From: Desulfobacteraceae bacterium
Lineage (GTDB): Bacteria > Desulfobacterota > Desulfobacteria > Desulfobacterales > Desulfosarcinaceae
Assembly (NCBI GenBank): GCA_013003715.1
Contig: JABDIN010000022.1
Coordinates: 9,611 to 73,610, forward strand
Reading direction: 5' to 3'
DNA: 64,000 nucleotides
Shown here: piece after piece, positions 1-10,026 of the stretch
Layout of the letters: every line of letters begins with the position of its first letter
How positions within the stretch are numbered: the stretch's first letter is position 1
The notes under the pieces: model-generated
The model's database searches: none
The model's input: only the letters and a program-made list of their open reading frames with translations
Told to the model about the DNA's origin: nothing
Made by a program: the position numbers and the translations under genes

Positions 1-177
1 CTGTATCGTATAATCGATAATTTCCAGGCGGGCCTGTTCAATCACAGGCACCTCCGGTTGATAGGTTACCGGCCTGGGGACGGGGCGGGCGCAACTGACG
101 GCACCACACAGCAGTATCACCGCGAGCAGGTATGGCAGGCTTTTTCGGCAACCTGAATTGTGTATATTCATTCTCAT
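1..177 (-). CDS. Lipoprotein, N-terminal fragment (gene runs off the window start)
   Basis: ATG at 177 on the minus strand opens a frame that stays open to position 1: MRMNIHNSGCRKSLPYLLAVILLCGAVSCARP... This is a hydrophobic signal peptide with lipobox-like Cys. It is missing from the ORF track because it is truncated. Confidence 0.4.
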   Translation of the reverse strand, partial: MRMNIHNSGCRKSLPYLLAVILLCGAVSCARPVPRPVTYQPEVPVIEQARLEIIDYTIQ

Positions 178-339
178 GGCCATGCCAAGGTAATATCCTA
201 TGGTTTTGATTTCAAGGCTTAATCCTCTTGACCCCATCGGGCCATAACGGATAAGTACAGACCTGAGAGGTCAGGTTGTGGAACAAACATCGCCGATGAC
301 AAAGGAGATCGATTCAACATCCAGGATGCAGGTGATATC

Positions 340-1194
340 GTGAAAAAAATAGGATTGGTTGTCAAGCCCGGTACTGAGGCCATTGAAAAAGCGGATGAGT
401 TTGAAAAATGGCTTCACGATAAGGGGCATCAGGTGGTCAGGCATACCGGCAATGTACCGGAAGATGAGTTGAACCGGGAAAAAAACACCGCAGCACCCAA
501 AGCTCTGTTCTGTGTGTTCGTGCTCGGTGGAGACGGCACTTTTCTAAGTGCTGTCCGGTGGATCGGGGATCAGGATACGCCCATTCTCGGTATCAAATTC
601 GGAGACGTGGGATTTTTAGCCGAAGCGACCGAAGACAGTCTGTTTTCCACCGCTGAAAACATCCTGAATTCGGAATTTTCCACCAAACCCAGGATGCGCC
701 TGTTGATCACCGTATTCAGGAATGGAAAAGAGATCGCCCGGGAAACGGTGTTGAATGACGTGGTCATCAGTAAAGGCGTTCTGGCCCGGTTGGCCAATAT
801 TAAAACCTATATTAACGACAACTATCTGACCGCCTATCGCGCCGACGGTCTGATCATTGCGACGCCCACCGGTTCCACGGCATACTCCCTGGCCGCCGGC
901 GGCCCTATTGTTCATCCGTCGGTGCCTGGCATTCTTTTATCGCCCATCTGTCCTTTCACCCTGACCAACCGGCCGCTGATTGTGCCGGATTCGGTCAGCA
1001 TCAAAATCCGGTTCGATGAGAAATCCTCCGATCTGCGCCTCACCTGTGACGGGCAGGTGGGCGTTGCCGTCGATGACCGGGATACCATTGTGGTGAGAAA
1101 GGGATCCCATCCCATTAATCTGATCACGTTGCCGGACCAGGATTATTTCGATGTGTTGAAGGCCAAACTGAGATGGAGCGGCAGCAGGGTGTAG
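340..1194 (+). CDS. nadK: NAD+ kinase
   Basis: GTG start. Carries the GGDGTFL motif, NDVVISKG and [24 protein letters not shown], all typical of NAD kinases. 284 aa. Confidence 0.9.
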   Translation: MKKIGLVVKPGTEAIEKADEFEKWLHDKGHQVVRHTGNVPEDELNREKNTAAPKALFCVFVLGGDGTFLSAVRWIGDQDTPILGIKFGDVGFLAEATEDSLFSTAENILNSEFSTKPRMRLLITVFRNGKEIARETVLNDVVISKGVLARLANIKTYINDNYLTAYRADGLIIATPTGSTAYSLAAGGPIVHPSVPGILLSPICPFTLTNRPLIVPDSVSIKIRFDEKSSDLRLTCDGQVGVAVDDRDTIVVRKGSHPINLITLPDQDYFDVLKAKLRWSGSRV

Positions 1195-1209
1195 CCTGTC
1201 GGTCCAGGC

Positions 1210-2250
1210 TTACTGCCGTAATCCCGAATCCGTTGACTCGCCCACGGGTTCAGGGGGCAGATTCTGGCGGATAAGGAAGCTGTTCTGGAGGCTCTTGACC
1301 ACTTTATCCACATTCTCGACGCCTTCGCGTATTTCCTTGATGCCGTTTTTGGTCGTCCGTGTGATGGTGGGAACATCTTCGCTGCCGATCCTGATATTGT
1401 TGAGAATTTGATCCAGGGTCCTCACGGATATGGACACCTCCTCCAATATCCGGGTGATGGTCTCAACGCCTACCTGAATCCCTTCGCCCGCGTTTTCTGC
1501 GGATTTCAAGGTGTTATTGACCCGGTCCATGGCAATGGGCGTTTTTTCAGCGGCGGCGCGGATGGAGTCGATCACCGGTTCGATTTTGTCAACATTGGCC
1601 ATGATGGCATCGATCAATTCCCGTGACCGCAGCAATTCGCCGATGGTGCCCTTGCCCTGCTCGATCTCGGCGGTGATGGATTCTATATGGGATGTGGTCC
1701 GCTCGACGTGGTCAAGGGTCCGCCAGAGCGGTCCGTTGGGATCCGTCAGGGTTTGTGATACTTCAGAAATTTCCTGGACAGCCTTGACCACCATCTTGGC
1801 TGTCTTTTCGACTTCAAACTCGTTTAAGATGTCGGTTATCGATTTCTTCGCCTTTGACGTGATTTCTCCGCCTTCGGCGATGAGTTCCGCCTCACCGGTC
1901 CCCGGGATGATGGATACATACTCAGACCCGATAAATGTCGGGCTTTCAACAATGGCCGTGGCGTCCTCTCTGATACGCAGACGGTAGTTCTCCAGAATGG
2001 CCAGCTCGACCCGGACTTTGTTCTCAACCAAAGTGATGCGCTTTACCTTTCCGATGTCGGTTTTAAACAGTTTTACAGCGGCATTTTCCTCCAGGTTATA
2101 GCTCTCATCGAAGATGGTGTAGAAATCGATCTGGGTGGCGAACCAGTTTTTGCCGCGGCCCACGATAACAACTGCTGCCAGAAGCAATACGATGATACCA
2201 ATGATGAAGGTGCCGACAATTTTTTCTTTTTTACTGAAATCAAGTTCCAT
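1210..2250 (-). CDS. MCE/MlaD-family protein (N-terminal TM helix, MCE domain, long helical C-terminal region)
   Basis: N-terminal TM (IVGTFIIGIIVLLLAAVVIV) is followed by an MCE-like segment (FYTIFDESYNLEENAAVKLFKTDIGKVKRITL...VESPTFIGSEYVSIIPG). It is the last gene of a permease / ATPase-like / MCE gene string. Confidence 0.8.
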   Translation of the reverse strand: MELDFSKKEKIVGTFIIGIIVLLLAAVVIVGRGKNWFATQIDFYTIFDESYNLEENAAVKLFKTDIGKVKRITLVENKVRVELAILENYRLRIREDATAIVESPTFIGSEYVSIIPGTGEAELIAEGGEITSKAKKSITDILNEFEVEKTAKMVVKAVQEISEVSQTLTDPNGPLWRTLDHVERTTSHIESITAEIEQGKGTIGELLRSRELIDAIMANVDKIEPVIDSIRAAAEKTPIAMDRVNNTLKSAENAGEGIQVGVETITRILEEVSISVRTLDQILNNIRIGSEDVPTITRTTKNGIKEIREGVENVDKVVKSLQNSFLIRQNLPPEPVGESTDSGLRQ

Positions 2251-2344
2251 ACATATTCCGTTTCATGGGAAGGTGCCGCCGTTTTCGTATCGAAGTGTCG
2301 AAAATGGCGGCATCTGTCATCGCTTCAATCTTTAGGTCCATCTT

Positions 2345-3019
2345 CTAGTTTACGCTGACAATTGTCAGGGTTTCTTCTTCAATGACCGCGATTTTATTGG
2401 CATACCGGTCAATAAAATTTTTATCGTACGATAGGAAAACCACCGGCGTCCCCTGATCGATTACAGCTTGAAATAGGTGTTTCAGCCGGTCCGCTTTCAT
2501 TCGTCCGATAAAATCTTCCGGTCGGTTGAGAAGAATCACTTCCGGCGATTTCGATATTTCTCTCAGGCACACTGCGATCTGAACATCCAACGGATTCAGC
2601 TGTCCCGGCCTCAGGTGGAGTTTGTCATATAGATCCAGCTTTCGGCATAATGATGCCAGACGATCATCGATGGTGATGCTCAAATTATCTTCATGATAGT
2701 ATCGTAAAAGCAACAGGTTCTGCAAGACGGACCGGTTGCTTATCAGAACGGCATCCGGTGCAATATAGCCGATTTTTTTCTTATAGGGCAGGAGATTCCG
2801 GTAATCAGAGAAATCTAACGGTTCGTCCTTGTACCGGTATTCTCCCTGAATCGGTGTCACCAATGTTGCCAGTGCTCTTAAAAAAATGCGGCCATCTTCC
2901 GGATAGCGTGTTTCGACGGCATACACATCATGTTCGGACAATGAAAAGTCGATATTCGTAATGCCGCGTCCGGTTCCCGTGGCCGGTATTGAAAAATTTT
3001 TCAAATCGATGATATTCAA
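2345..3019 (-). CDS. ABC ATPase-fold protein with degenerate catalytic motifs (in the MlaF position)
   Basis: TTG start 11 nt after the permease stop. The length and the N-terminal beta-strand pattern (IIDLKNFSI...) match an ABC nucleotide-binding domain. However, Walker A is replaced by VETRYPEDGRIF, the signature by LNPLD, Walker B by VILLNRPED, and the H-loop by LSYDKNF. Confidence 0.65.
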   Translation of the reverse strand: MNIIDLKNFSIPATGTGRGITNIDFSLSEHDVYAVETRYPEDGRIFLRALATLVTPIQGEYRYKDEPLDFSDYRNLLPYKKKIGYIAPDAVLISNRSVLQNLLLLRYYHEDNLSITIDDRLASLCRKLDLYDKLHLRPGQLNPLDVQIAVCLREISKSPEVILLNRPEDFIGRMKADRLKHLFQAVIDQGTPVVFLSYDKNFIDRYANKIAVIEEETLTIVSVN

Positions 3020-3030
3020 TGGGCGGCCGC

Positions 3031-3894
3031 CTATAGATAAAAGACAATGGAAATAAAAATGTTAATGATCAGACAATACAAAAAGCATTCCATGGCGGAA
3101 CGCGATGTGGCCAGTGGGATGTCGGTGACTTGTTTTTGGGTATCAAACCCGCGGTAAAGGCAGGTCACGGTGATGGTGATGCCAAACAAAACCGCCTTGA
3201 TCAACCCGACGGCAATGTCCGCAGGGGTTATGGCCTGGCCGATCTGGTGGAGCAGAAGATCAACCTTGATATCGGTTATCCCGCCCAGGATCATGGCGCC
3301 ACCGATGATCGACAATAAATCAAATACGATGAACAGGCTGACAATCGCAGATGTGATACCCACCAGGCGGGGTAGGCATACCACCCGGATGGGGTCGATA
3401 CCCGCCATTTCCAGGGCATCCATTTCGTGAAATACATTCATATAACTGATTTCGATGGTCACCGCGCTGGCTGACCTCAGGATTACCAGAAGCGAGGTAA
3501 TGATGGGGCCAAGTTCCCTGACAATCAGCAGAACAACGGTTTTACCAAGATCATATTGCCCCGAAATTTTGGAAAACTGGAAAATAATCATACAACCAAT
3601 GATCAGGGCAATGGGGGTGATGATGGGGAGCGCTTCCACGGCCGTGAAATAAACCTGCTCGATGATTACCCGCGAGATAAGCGCCCGGCCGGTCTTTGGC
3701 CGGTTCCGGGGTGTGGCGAACATGCGGTAAGTGAAGGCGAACAACTCCAGTATGTGATTTGCCGATCTTATGGTTCGCCTTCCGATATAACCGGTCAATT
3801 GTATCATACCATCACTACACCCCGGATGGCCGTGAGGCCACGGCAACATTGGCTGGAGCCACTGAATTTTTTTTGCGATTGTCTTGGGACTCAA
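3031..3894 (-). CDS. mlaE: MlaE-family ABC transporter permease
   Basis: Multi-TM protein with MlaE-like core (IIEQVYFTAVEALPIITPIALIIGCMIIFQ ... RSASAVTIEISYMNVFHEMDALEMAGIDP). The ORF opens with TTG at 3894. An internal ATG at 3807 (MIQLTGYIGRR...) would give a more typical 258 aa, so the start is uncertain. Confidence 0.8.
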   Translation of the reverse strand: MSPKTIAKKIQWLQPMLPWPHGHPGCSDGMIQLTGYIGRRTIRSANHILELFAFTYRMFATPRNRPKTGRALISRVIIEQVYFTAVEALPIITPIALIIGCMIIFQFSKISGQYDLGKTVVLLIVRELGPIITSLLVILRSASAVTIEISYMNVFHEMDALEMAGIDPIRVVCLPRLVGITSAIVSLFIVFDLLSIIGGAMILGGITDIKVDLLLHQIGQAITPADIAVGLIKAVLFGITITVTCLYRGFDTQKQVTDIPLATSRSAMECFLYCLIINIFISIVFYL

Positions 3895-3905
3895 TTTCCA
3901 TAGTG

Positions 3906-3934
3906 TTGACTTCCGCGAAATCTTACAATATATA
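3906..3934 (+). promoter_or_regulatory. Sigma-70-type promoter candidate for the 3985 gene
   Basis: TTGACT (3906-3911), 17-nt spacer, TATATA (3929-3934), about 50 nt upstream of the ATG at 3985. A divergent candidate lies on the minus strand (TTGACC at 3949-3944, 18 nt, TAAGAT at 3925-3920) facing the mlaE-like gene. Confidence 0.5.
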
Positions 3935-3984
3935 TTGCTTTTAGGTCAATAACTTAAGGAAAGTTCCAAAAATAGAATATTTAC

Positions 3985-4848
3985 ATGAATCACCGAATTT
4001 TTTTGCTGATCATATTTTTCGTGGTGTTTTTTCCCGGCATTGGTGCCGGTACCAACAACGGTGATTTCGTCCAGTATTTTGGTACCGGATTCATCAACTG
4101 GGGTTCGGGGGTCATCCAGGCCAAGGGAGTGAGTGGCGCATGTATACCACCATGTGAAGGCAGCGCCGCAAACACGGAAGATGAAGCCCGACGGAAAGCC
4201 GCTGATAATATTTTCAAGACACTCGAGTGTGTAAAAATAGACAATCGTCTTGTCGCCGGGGACCTTCTTTTGGAAGACGGTGATTTTGCGAATCGTGTGC
4301 AGGACATGATCACGGTTGCCGATGCCGTCGGCCGACAGACCATTGATGGCGGCAGGACGGAGATCACCTTGCAAATGTCGATCCATGGCGGTTTCGCACA
4401 ATTCGTGCTCCCCGAAGATATCAAACCATTGAAAACCGTCAGGCCCATCACCGCTCCGGTGGAAACCGAAAAAAACAACGGTGATGCGCAACACGAGAAC
4501 CAGGCGGATGTTTATACTGGCCTGGTGATTGATGCCCGGGGACTGGGTGTTATCCCGGCAATGTCCCCCACGGTCTTTGACGAAGACGGAGAAGAAGTAT
4601 TCGGACCGGCCTTCATAAGCCGGGAATATGCTGTTCAACACGGTGTCTGTTGCTATTTGACGGATGTGGATAGTGCTCTTGCCAATGAGCGGGTCGACGC
4701 CAAACCGCTTTTAGTGAAAGCCGTTCGGCTTCATGGAGCGGGTACCACTGATCTGGTCATCAGCAACGCGGATGCCGCCAGGCTTCGGAGCGCGTCGGAT
4801 CATCTTGGTTTTTTGCGGCAATGCAGGGTGATCATTGTGGCGGAATAA
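3985..4848 (+). CDS. Exported protein of unknown function
   Basis: N-terminal signal peptide (MNHRIFLLIIFFVVFFPGIGAG). 287 aa with no recognisable catalytic motif. Tightly followed by a lipoprotein gene. Confidence 0.6.
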   Translation: MNHRIFLLIIFFVVFFPGIGAGTNNGDFVQYFGTGFINWGSGVIQAKGVSGACIPPCEGSAANTEDEARRKAADNIFKTLECVKIDNRLVAGDLLLEDGDFANRVQDMITVADAVGRQTIDGGRTEITLQMSIHGGFAQFVLPEDIKPLKTVRPITAPVETEKNNGDAQHENQADVYTGLVIDARGLGVIPAMSPTVFDEDGEEVFGPAFISREYAVQHGVCCYLTDVDSALANERVDAKPLLVKAVRLHGAGTTDLVISNADAARLRSASDHLGFLRQCRVIIVAE

Positions 4849-4884
4849 CCGGGCTATCCATCGTCTACCCAAGGAGGAGTTCTT

Positions 4885-5259
4885 ATGTCGATTCCGAAAA
4901 AAAGTGTGATTCTCTCGATCTGTGCCATCTTTTTCTTCATCGGTTGCGGACCCGAGACTATTTTTCTGCGGCCGGGACTCGATACGCCTTCCCATCATGT
5001 GTCCAACGGCAATAAATTGTTGGATATGGGCAAGATTGAAGATGCTTTCCAGGAATTTTCCCGCGCCAAGGAACTCGATCCCGAGTACACACTCGCATAT
5101 GTCGGCATGGCAATGGTATACGGTCATCGCGGGGAGTATCAATTGGGCCGGCAGTACCTGGCGATTGCCGAAAGCCTGGCGGGGTCGGATGAAGAAGCTG
5201 CGGCGGTTCACACAGGTCTTGAAAAAATGAATGACATGGAGAAGAAAACCACCAATTAG
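4885..5259 (+). CDS. TPR-like lipoprotein
   Basis: Strong RBS AAGGAGGAG. Lipobox (FFFIGCG). TPR-like helical repeat (GNKLLDMGKIEDAFQEFSRAKELDPEYTLAYVGMAMVY). Confidence 0.7.
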   Translation: MSIPKKSVILSICAIFFFIGCGPETIFLRPGLDTPSHHVSNGNKLLDMGKIEDAFQEFSRAKELDPEYTLAYVGMAMVYGHRGEYQLGRQYLAIAESLAGSDEEAAAVHTGLEKMNDMEKKTTN

Positions 5260-5309
5260 AAGAAGCCGGTTGGATGAATCCGGCCGGACAAACTCAAATT
5301 ATGAAAACG

Positions 5310-5348
5310 AAAAGGCTTCAATCGGGGTGCTCCGATTGAAGCCTTTTT
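5310..5348. terminator. Bidirectional intrinsic terminator between the TPR lipoprotein gene and ahcY
   Basis: Perfect 15-bp stem, aaaggcttcaatcgg (5311-5325) pairing with ccgattgaagccttt (5332-5346), and a 6-nt loop. It is flanked by an A-run upstream and TTTTT downstream, between convergent genes. Confidence 0.8.
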
Positions 5349-5381
5349 ACATTTAACTTCAACGCAGACCGATATGACCGG

Positions 5382-6836
5382 CTAGTAGCGGTAGTGATCG
5401 GGTTTATACGGGCCCTCCACCGGTATTCCCAGATATTCGGCCTGAATATCGCTCAGGGTCGTCAGCTTTGCGCCCAATCGATCGAGGTGAAGTCTCGCCA
5501 CTTCTTCATCGAGTTTTTTAGGCAAGGTATAGACCTTGTTGTCATAGGTCCCCTTAGCCAGTTCGATTTGAGCCAGGCATTGGTTCGTGAAGCTATTGCT
5601 CATTACAAAACTGGGGTGGCCGGTGGCGCATCCCAGATTGACCAACCTGCCTTCGGCCAATACCACGATGGATCGCCCGGATTGCAGGGTCCACTTATCC
5701 ACCTGTGGTTTGATATTTGTCCGGATACAACCCGGTGTCTTCTCGAGGTAGGTCATTTCGATTTCGTTATCAAAATGACCGATATTGCATATGATCGCTT
5801 CATTTTTCATTTTTTCCATATGCGCGCCTGTAATGACGTTGTAACAGCCGGTGGCGCTGACGAAGATATCGCCGACAGCGGCCGCATCGTTCAGATCGAC
5901 CACTTCAAAGCCCTCCATGGCCGCCTGCAAGGCGCAAATCGGATCTATTTCAGTAATCAGCACCCGGGCGCCGAATCCACGCATGGAATGAGCGCACCCT
6001 TTGCCCACATCACCATAACCGCACACCACAATTATCTTTCCGGCAATCATGATATCCGTTGCCCGCTTTAATCCGTCCGCCAGGGATTCCCGGCAGCCAT
6101 ACAGGTTGTCGAATTTAGATTTTGTTACAGAGTCATTGACATTGAAGGCCGGAAAAAGGAGCTCATTTTTAGCGGCGAGTTGGTATAATCTGTGCACACC
6201 GGTGGTGGTCTCTTCGGACACCCCTTTGATGTTTGCCGAGATCCCGGTCCAGAAACCCGGATCTCTGTCGTAGGATGCGCTTAATCTATCCATCAGACAT
6301 CGCATGTCCACGTTGTCGTAGTTCTGATTCAGAATGCCTGGATCTTTTTCTATTGCGACCCCTTGGTGAACAAGCATGGTGGCATCACCGCCGTCATCGA
6401 CAATCAGATCGGGTCCACTGCCGTCGGGCCACACCAGCGCCTGTTCCGTACACCACCAGTATTCTTCGAGGGTTTCTCCCTTCCAGGCGAATACCGCCGC
6501 CGACCCGGCTGCGGCGATGGCCGCCGCCGCCTGATCCTGGGTGGAGAAGATGTTGCACGAGGCCCAACGGACATCCGCTCCCAATGCGGTCAAGGTTTCG
6601 ATCAGCATGGCGGTCTGGATGGTCATGTGAAGGCTTCCCATGATTTTGAGGCCTTTGAGCGGTTGTGTCTTGCCATATTTATCGCGAACCGCCATCAAGC
6701 CCGGCATTTCATTTTCAGACAATTCCATCTCTTTTCTGCCCAGTTCAGCCTGGGATATGTCCGCAATTTTATAGGACAGGGCCGTATCCAACAAGAGGTG
6801 GTCGTTTTTGTCGTTCATTTTCAAGGGTACACTCAT
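5382..6836 (-). CDS. ahcY: S-adenosyl-L-homocysteine hydrolase (adenosylhomocysteinase)
   Basis: Full-length AhcY-like sequence ([27 protein letters not shown]..., NAD-binding [11 protein letters not shown]-terminal PDHYRY). I place the start at ATG 6836 (MSVPL...), which is preceded by GGAGGA at 4-nt spacing. The ORF-track extension to 6902 translates a structured leader. Confidence 0.92.
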   Translation of the reverse strand: MSVPLKMNDKNDHLLLDTALSYKIADISQAELGRKEMELSENEMPGLMAVRDKYGKTQPLKGLKIMGSLHMTIQTAMLIETLTALGADVRWASCNIFSTQDQAAAAIAAAGSAAVFAWKGETLEEYWWCTEQALVWPDGSGPDLIVDDGGDATMLVHQGVAIEKDPGILNQNYDNVDMRCLMDRLSASYDRDPGFWTGISANIKGVSEETTTGVHRLYQLAAKNELLFPAFNVNDSVTKSKFDNLYGCRESLADGLKRATDIMIAGKIIVVCGYGDVGKGCAHSMRGFGARVLITEIDPICALQAAMEGFEVVDLNDAAAVGDIFVSATGCYNVITGAHMEKMKNEAIICNIGHFDNEIEMTYLEKTPGCIRTNIKPQVDKWTLQSGRSIVVLAEGRLVNLGCATGHPSFVMSNSFTNQCLAQIELAKGTYDNKVYTLPKKLDEEVARLHLDRLGAKLTTLSDIQAEYLGIPVEGPYKPDHYRY

Positions 6837-6850
6837 ACTATCCTCCATAC

Positions 6851-6900
6851 GCCGTCCGTTTGCAGGGCTGGGGCGAAAACCCCGGCTTTCGATGACGGCC
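6851..6900 (-). promoter_or_regulatory. Structured 5' leader of ahcY (possible SAH-responsive riboswitch-like element)
   Basis: Minus-strand RNA: GGCCGUCAUCGAAAGCCGGGGUUUUCGCCCCAGCCCUGCAAACGGACGGC. The outer stem pairs GCCGUC with GACGGC, and there is an inner hairpin GGGG-UUUUCG-CCCC. The element ends 4 nt before the Shine-Dalgarno GGAGGA. The family assignment is unverified. Confidence 0.3.
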
Positions 6901-7080
6901 ATTTTTTAATTGTTATGTTGTTTCTGATTCAGGGTAATTATATTGCCGGTCCGGGTAATCTTAATCCGATAACCAAATCGGTAAGGTAACAGTTGTCGTT
7001 TTTAATTGGGCATCATCACCGTTTTTTTTACAAAATGTAAACTTAAAAAATTCGAACTGATTCCAAATGGGGTTGCCCTG

Positions 7081-8250
7081 TCAAATACCGGCTTTTTCTT
7101 TCAACTTTTCGGCCATTGCCGTGTTTTCCCAGGAAAACTCCGGTTCCGTCCGGCCGAAATGCCCGTAGGCCGACGTGTTTTTGTAGATCGGCCTTAACAG
7201 ATCGAGATATTCAATGATGGCTGCCGGTCGAAGGTCGTATACGTCCAGCACAAGGTCTTCCACTTGTTTTTTGGGTATTTTACCCGTTCCCATCAGATCC
7301 ACCATAACCGATACGGGTTCGGCGACACCAATGGCATATGCGATTTGCACTTCGCATTTTTTAGATATGCCGGCCGCCACGATGTTTTTGGCGATATGCC
7401 GGCCCATATACGATGCACTCCGGTCCACCTTGGAGGGATCTTTGCCGGAGAAACAACCGCCCCCATGGCTGCCCTGGCCGCCGTAGGTGTCCACAATAAT
7501 TTTACGTCCGGTCAGTCCGCAATCACCCATGGGCCCGCCGATGACGAATCTTCCGGTCGGGTTGATGAAAAACCGTGTATCACCGTCGGTCATATTCGCC
7601 GGGATGACCTTTTTAATGACCTCTTCAATGATGGCCTCCCGCAAATCTTCATACACCACGTCCGGTTTGTGCTGGGTGGACACGACAATGGTGTCGACCC
7701 GTTTGGGGGTACCGTTTTCATATTCAATGGTCACCTGGGATTTGCCGTCGGGCCTCAGGAAATCAAGGGCACCGTTTTTCCTGACTTTTGCCAGTCGCCG
7801 GGTCAGCTTATGTGCATACATGATGGGCATGGGCATCAGTTCGGGTGTTTCGTCGGTGGCATAACCGAACATCAGACCCTGATCGCCCGCGCCCTGGTCC
7901 TTGTATAAACCCTCGCCCGCATTCACCCCCTGGGCGATGTCCTGGGACTGGCGGTCTATGCTGGTGATCACCGAACATGTCTGCCAATCGAAGCCCATTT
8001 GTGACGAGTGATAACCGATACCCCTGATGGTTTCCCGCACGATGTCCGGGATATCCGCATAGCAATCAGTGGTGATCTCACCGGCGATGAAGGCAAGACC
8101 GGTGGTGACCATGGTTTCACAAGCAACACGGCAATTCGCGTCCTTTTCGATGATGGCGTCGAGAATGGCATCGGAGATCGCATCGGCCACCTTATCCGGG
8201 TGACCCTCCGTAACGGATTCCGAGGTAAATAAAAAATTGTCCCTGCTCAT
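7081..8250 (-). CDS. metK: S-adenosylmethionine synthetase
   Basis: Canonical MetK motifs: [41 protein letters not shown]. 389 aa, directly upstream of ahcY on the same strand. Confidence 0.95.
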   Translation of the reverse strand: MSRDNFLFTSESVTEGHPDKVADAISDAILDAIIEKDANCRVACETMVTTGLAFIAGEITTDCYADIPDIVRETIRGIGYHSSQMGFDWQTCSVITSIDRQSQDIAQGVNAGEGLYKDQGAGDQGLMFGYATDETPELMPMPIMYAHKLTRRLAKVRKNGALDFLRPDGKSQVTIEYENGTPKRVDTIVVSTQHKPDVVYEDLREAIIEEVIKKVIPANMTDGDTRFFINPTGRFVIGGPMGDCGLTGRKIIVDTYGGQGSHGGGCFSGKDPSKVDRSASYMGRHIAKNIVAAGISKKCEVQIAYAIGVAEPVSVMVDLMGTGKIPKKQVEDLVLDVYDLRPAAIIEYLDLLRPIYKNTSAYGHFGRTEPEFSWENTAMAEKLKEKAGI

Positions 8251-8380
8251 GTTATCGCTCCTTTTAATTGTTAATGGGCGTCTGTATCGGTGGGATTATC
8301 ACATCCACACATCAATGGTTTGTTCGCAAAACCGTAAATCGACCGCCCATGGTTGTTCTTGATGAATAATACCTGTTCAA

Positions 8381-9211
8381 TCAGCCAATCCCCGGCGGGC
8401 AGAGCATCATATTGTCAATCAGCCGGGGTGTACCGACCTTGACGGCCAGCGCCATCAAGGCCATGCCTTCTATTTTATCAATGGTTTCGAGCGTTTCCGG
8501 ATCACAGATGTCGATGTAGTCAATCTGCGTATCGGGATGGGAATCGATGAGGAACTTGGCGTTGTTTATAAGCGCTTTTGTATCCAATTCCCCATCCCCA
8601 ACCTGTTTTCGGGCGTTCTCCAGTGCATTGATCAAACCAAGCGCCTGGACGCGTTGCGCCGGTGTCAGATAAGAGTTGCGGGAACTCATGGCCAATCCGT
8701 CCGGTTCCCTGATGGTGGGGGCATCGATGATGGTTACCGGCATATTGAGATCCCGCACCATTTTTCGGATAATCATCAGTTGCTGGTAATCTTTCCGCCC
8801 GAATATGGCGAATGTGGGCGCCATAATATTAAAGAGTTTGGTAACCACCGTCGCCACGCCGCGAAAGTGTGTGGGGCGGTGAATGCCGCAGAGGTGATGA
8901 GGAAGATCCTCAAGCACCACAAAAGATTCGTAACCATGCGGATAAAAAGCATCTGCATCCGGTGTGAACAATATGTCCGCACCGGTCTTTTCCGCCAATT
9001 CGCGGTCCCGTTCAAGATCCTTCGGGTATTTATCCAGGTCTTCACCCGGCCCGAACTGCGCGGGGTTGACAAATATGCTCACCACGAGATGATCCGCCAA
9101 TTCTCTTCCTTTTTCCATCAGCGAGAGGTGACCGGCGTGAAAATAACCCATGGTAGGTACCAGGGCGATGGTCTTCGCTGACTGTCTGACCGTACGTAGG
9201 TGTTCGATCAT
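8381..9211 (-). CDS. panC: Pantoate--beta-alanine ligase
   Basis: PTMGYFHAGHLSLM (HxGH nucleotidyltransferase motif), FVNPAQFGPGEDLDKYP, MSSRNSYL. 276 aa. Confidence 0.9.
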   Translation of the reverse strand: MIEHLRTVRQSAKTIALVPTMGYFHAGHLSLMEKGRELADHLVVSIFVNPAQFGPGEDLDKYPKDLERDRELAEKTGADILFTPDADAFYPHGYESFVVLEDLPHHLCGIHRPTHFRGVATVVTKLFNIMAPTFAIFGRKDYQQLMIIRKMVRDLNMPVTIIDAPTIREPDGLAMSSRNSYLTPAQRVQALGLINALENARKQVGDGELDTKALINNAKFLIDSHPDTQIDYIDICDPETLETIDKIEGMALMALAVKVGTPRLIDNMMLCPPGIG

Positions 9212-9271
9212 CTCTGAAACGGTTTGTATGACGTCGATTGTATAGGCCCTCCCGGCCGGCGAACAGGTTTT

Positions 9272-9886
9272 TTACTTGGAATCGATCAGGGTCTCGATGA
9301 GGTTCATGGCTTTGGGGATGGTCATACGACTCATGTTGAGTACAAGATGATACAATGACGAATCATCATAATCGGTTTTTCCCAGTTTTTTGTACAGATT
9401 CAACCGCCGCTTGTCTTCATAGGTGACCACCTGCGCCGCCTTGTTTTTGGGAAGATCGTAGTTGTCCATCATGAATTTGATGCGATTGTCCACATTGTCG
9501 ATGAGCAGGACATGAAAAGCATCGGGGTGATCATTCAGAATATACTGACTGCCGCGGCCCAATACCACCACATTGCCTTCATCGGCGACTTGGGCAATGA
9601 TGAGTACCAGATAATCCAGATAGATCTGTTCATCAATATAACCGCGTTCATCAGCGAGGATCCTGTCCACCCACTTCATTGATACCATGCTGTTGATCAC
9701 CTTGGACAATTTGGTGCCGGCCTCTTTCTCCACCGATTCCACAAATTCCGGTGATACATTCGCCTCCTTGGCAATTTTCTGGATAATTTCCGTATCGGCG
9801 AACGTATATTGCAGTTTTTCCGATATCATTTTCCCCAGTGTCCTGCCCCCGGCGCCAAATTGTCTTGAAATGGTTATTACGGGCAT
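9272..9886 (-). CDS. Cytidylate kinase-like family protein
   Basis: I choose the internal ATG at 9886 (MPVITISRQFGAGGRTLGKMISEKL...), which is preceded by GGAGG. The longer ORF-track version (to 10171) would overlap the upstream usp gene and has a non-protein-like N-terminus. Confidence 0.75.
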   Translation of the reverse strand: MPVITISRQFGAGGRTLGKMISEKLQYTFADTEIIQKIAKEANVSPEFVESVEKEAGTKLSKVINSMVSMKWVDRILADERGYIDEQIYLDYLVLIIAQVADEGNVVVLGRGSQYILNDHPDAFHVLLIDNVDNRIKFMMDNYDLPKNKAAQVVTYEDKRRLNLYKKLGKTDYDDSSLYHLVLNMSRMTIPKAMNLIETLIDSK

Positions 9887-10026
9887 TAATACCTCCTGTT
9901 CGAGCGTTAAATCCTGCAGCCGAAGTGATATGCCGGTCGGTTCCGCACCGGCGTATGCTGATGGCTTATTATAAAGTCCGTTGTTTTTGTTGTGCCGCGC
10001 ATCATAAAGCGACAGCGGACTGATGT

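Noticed and set aside
1192-1211. A short hairpin (agcctg/caggct) overlapping the convergent stops of nadK and the MCE gene, considered as a bidirectional terminator.
   Set aside because: It has only a 6-bp stem, no U-tract on either side, and overlaps coding sequence. The evidence is insufficient.
6837-6902. An N-terminal 22-aa extension of ahcY ([22 protein letters not shown]) in the ORF track.
   Set aside because: The internal ATG at 6836 has a GGAGGA SD at ideal spacing. The extension coincides with a stable RNA hairpin structure and is not AhcY-like.
8251-8380. A possible SAM riboswitch in the 130-nt metK leader (closing stem CATCAA/TTGATG, starting UCAUCAAGA...).
   Set aside because: Apart from the UCAUCAAGA-like start, I could not find the SAM-I core elements (GGAGGGA, GCAACC, the kink-turn region), and no other SAM class was recognisable by eye. 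This needs cmsearch. It is not reported as a feature.
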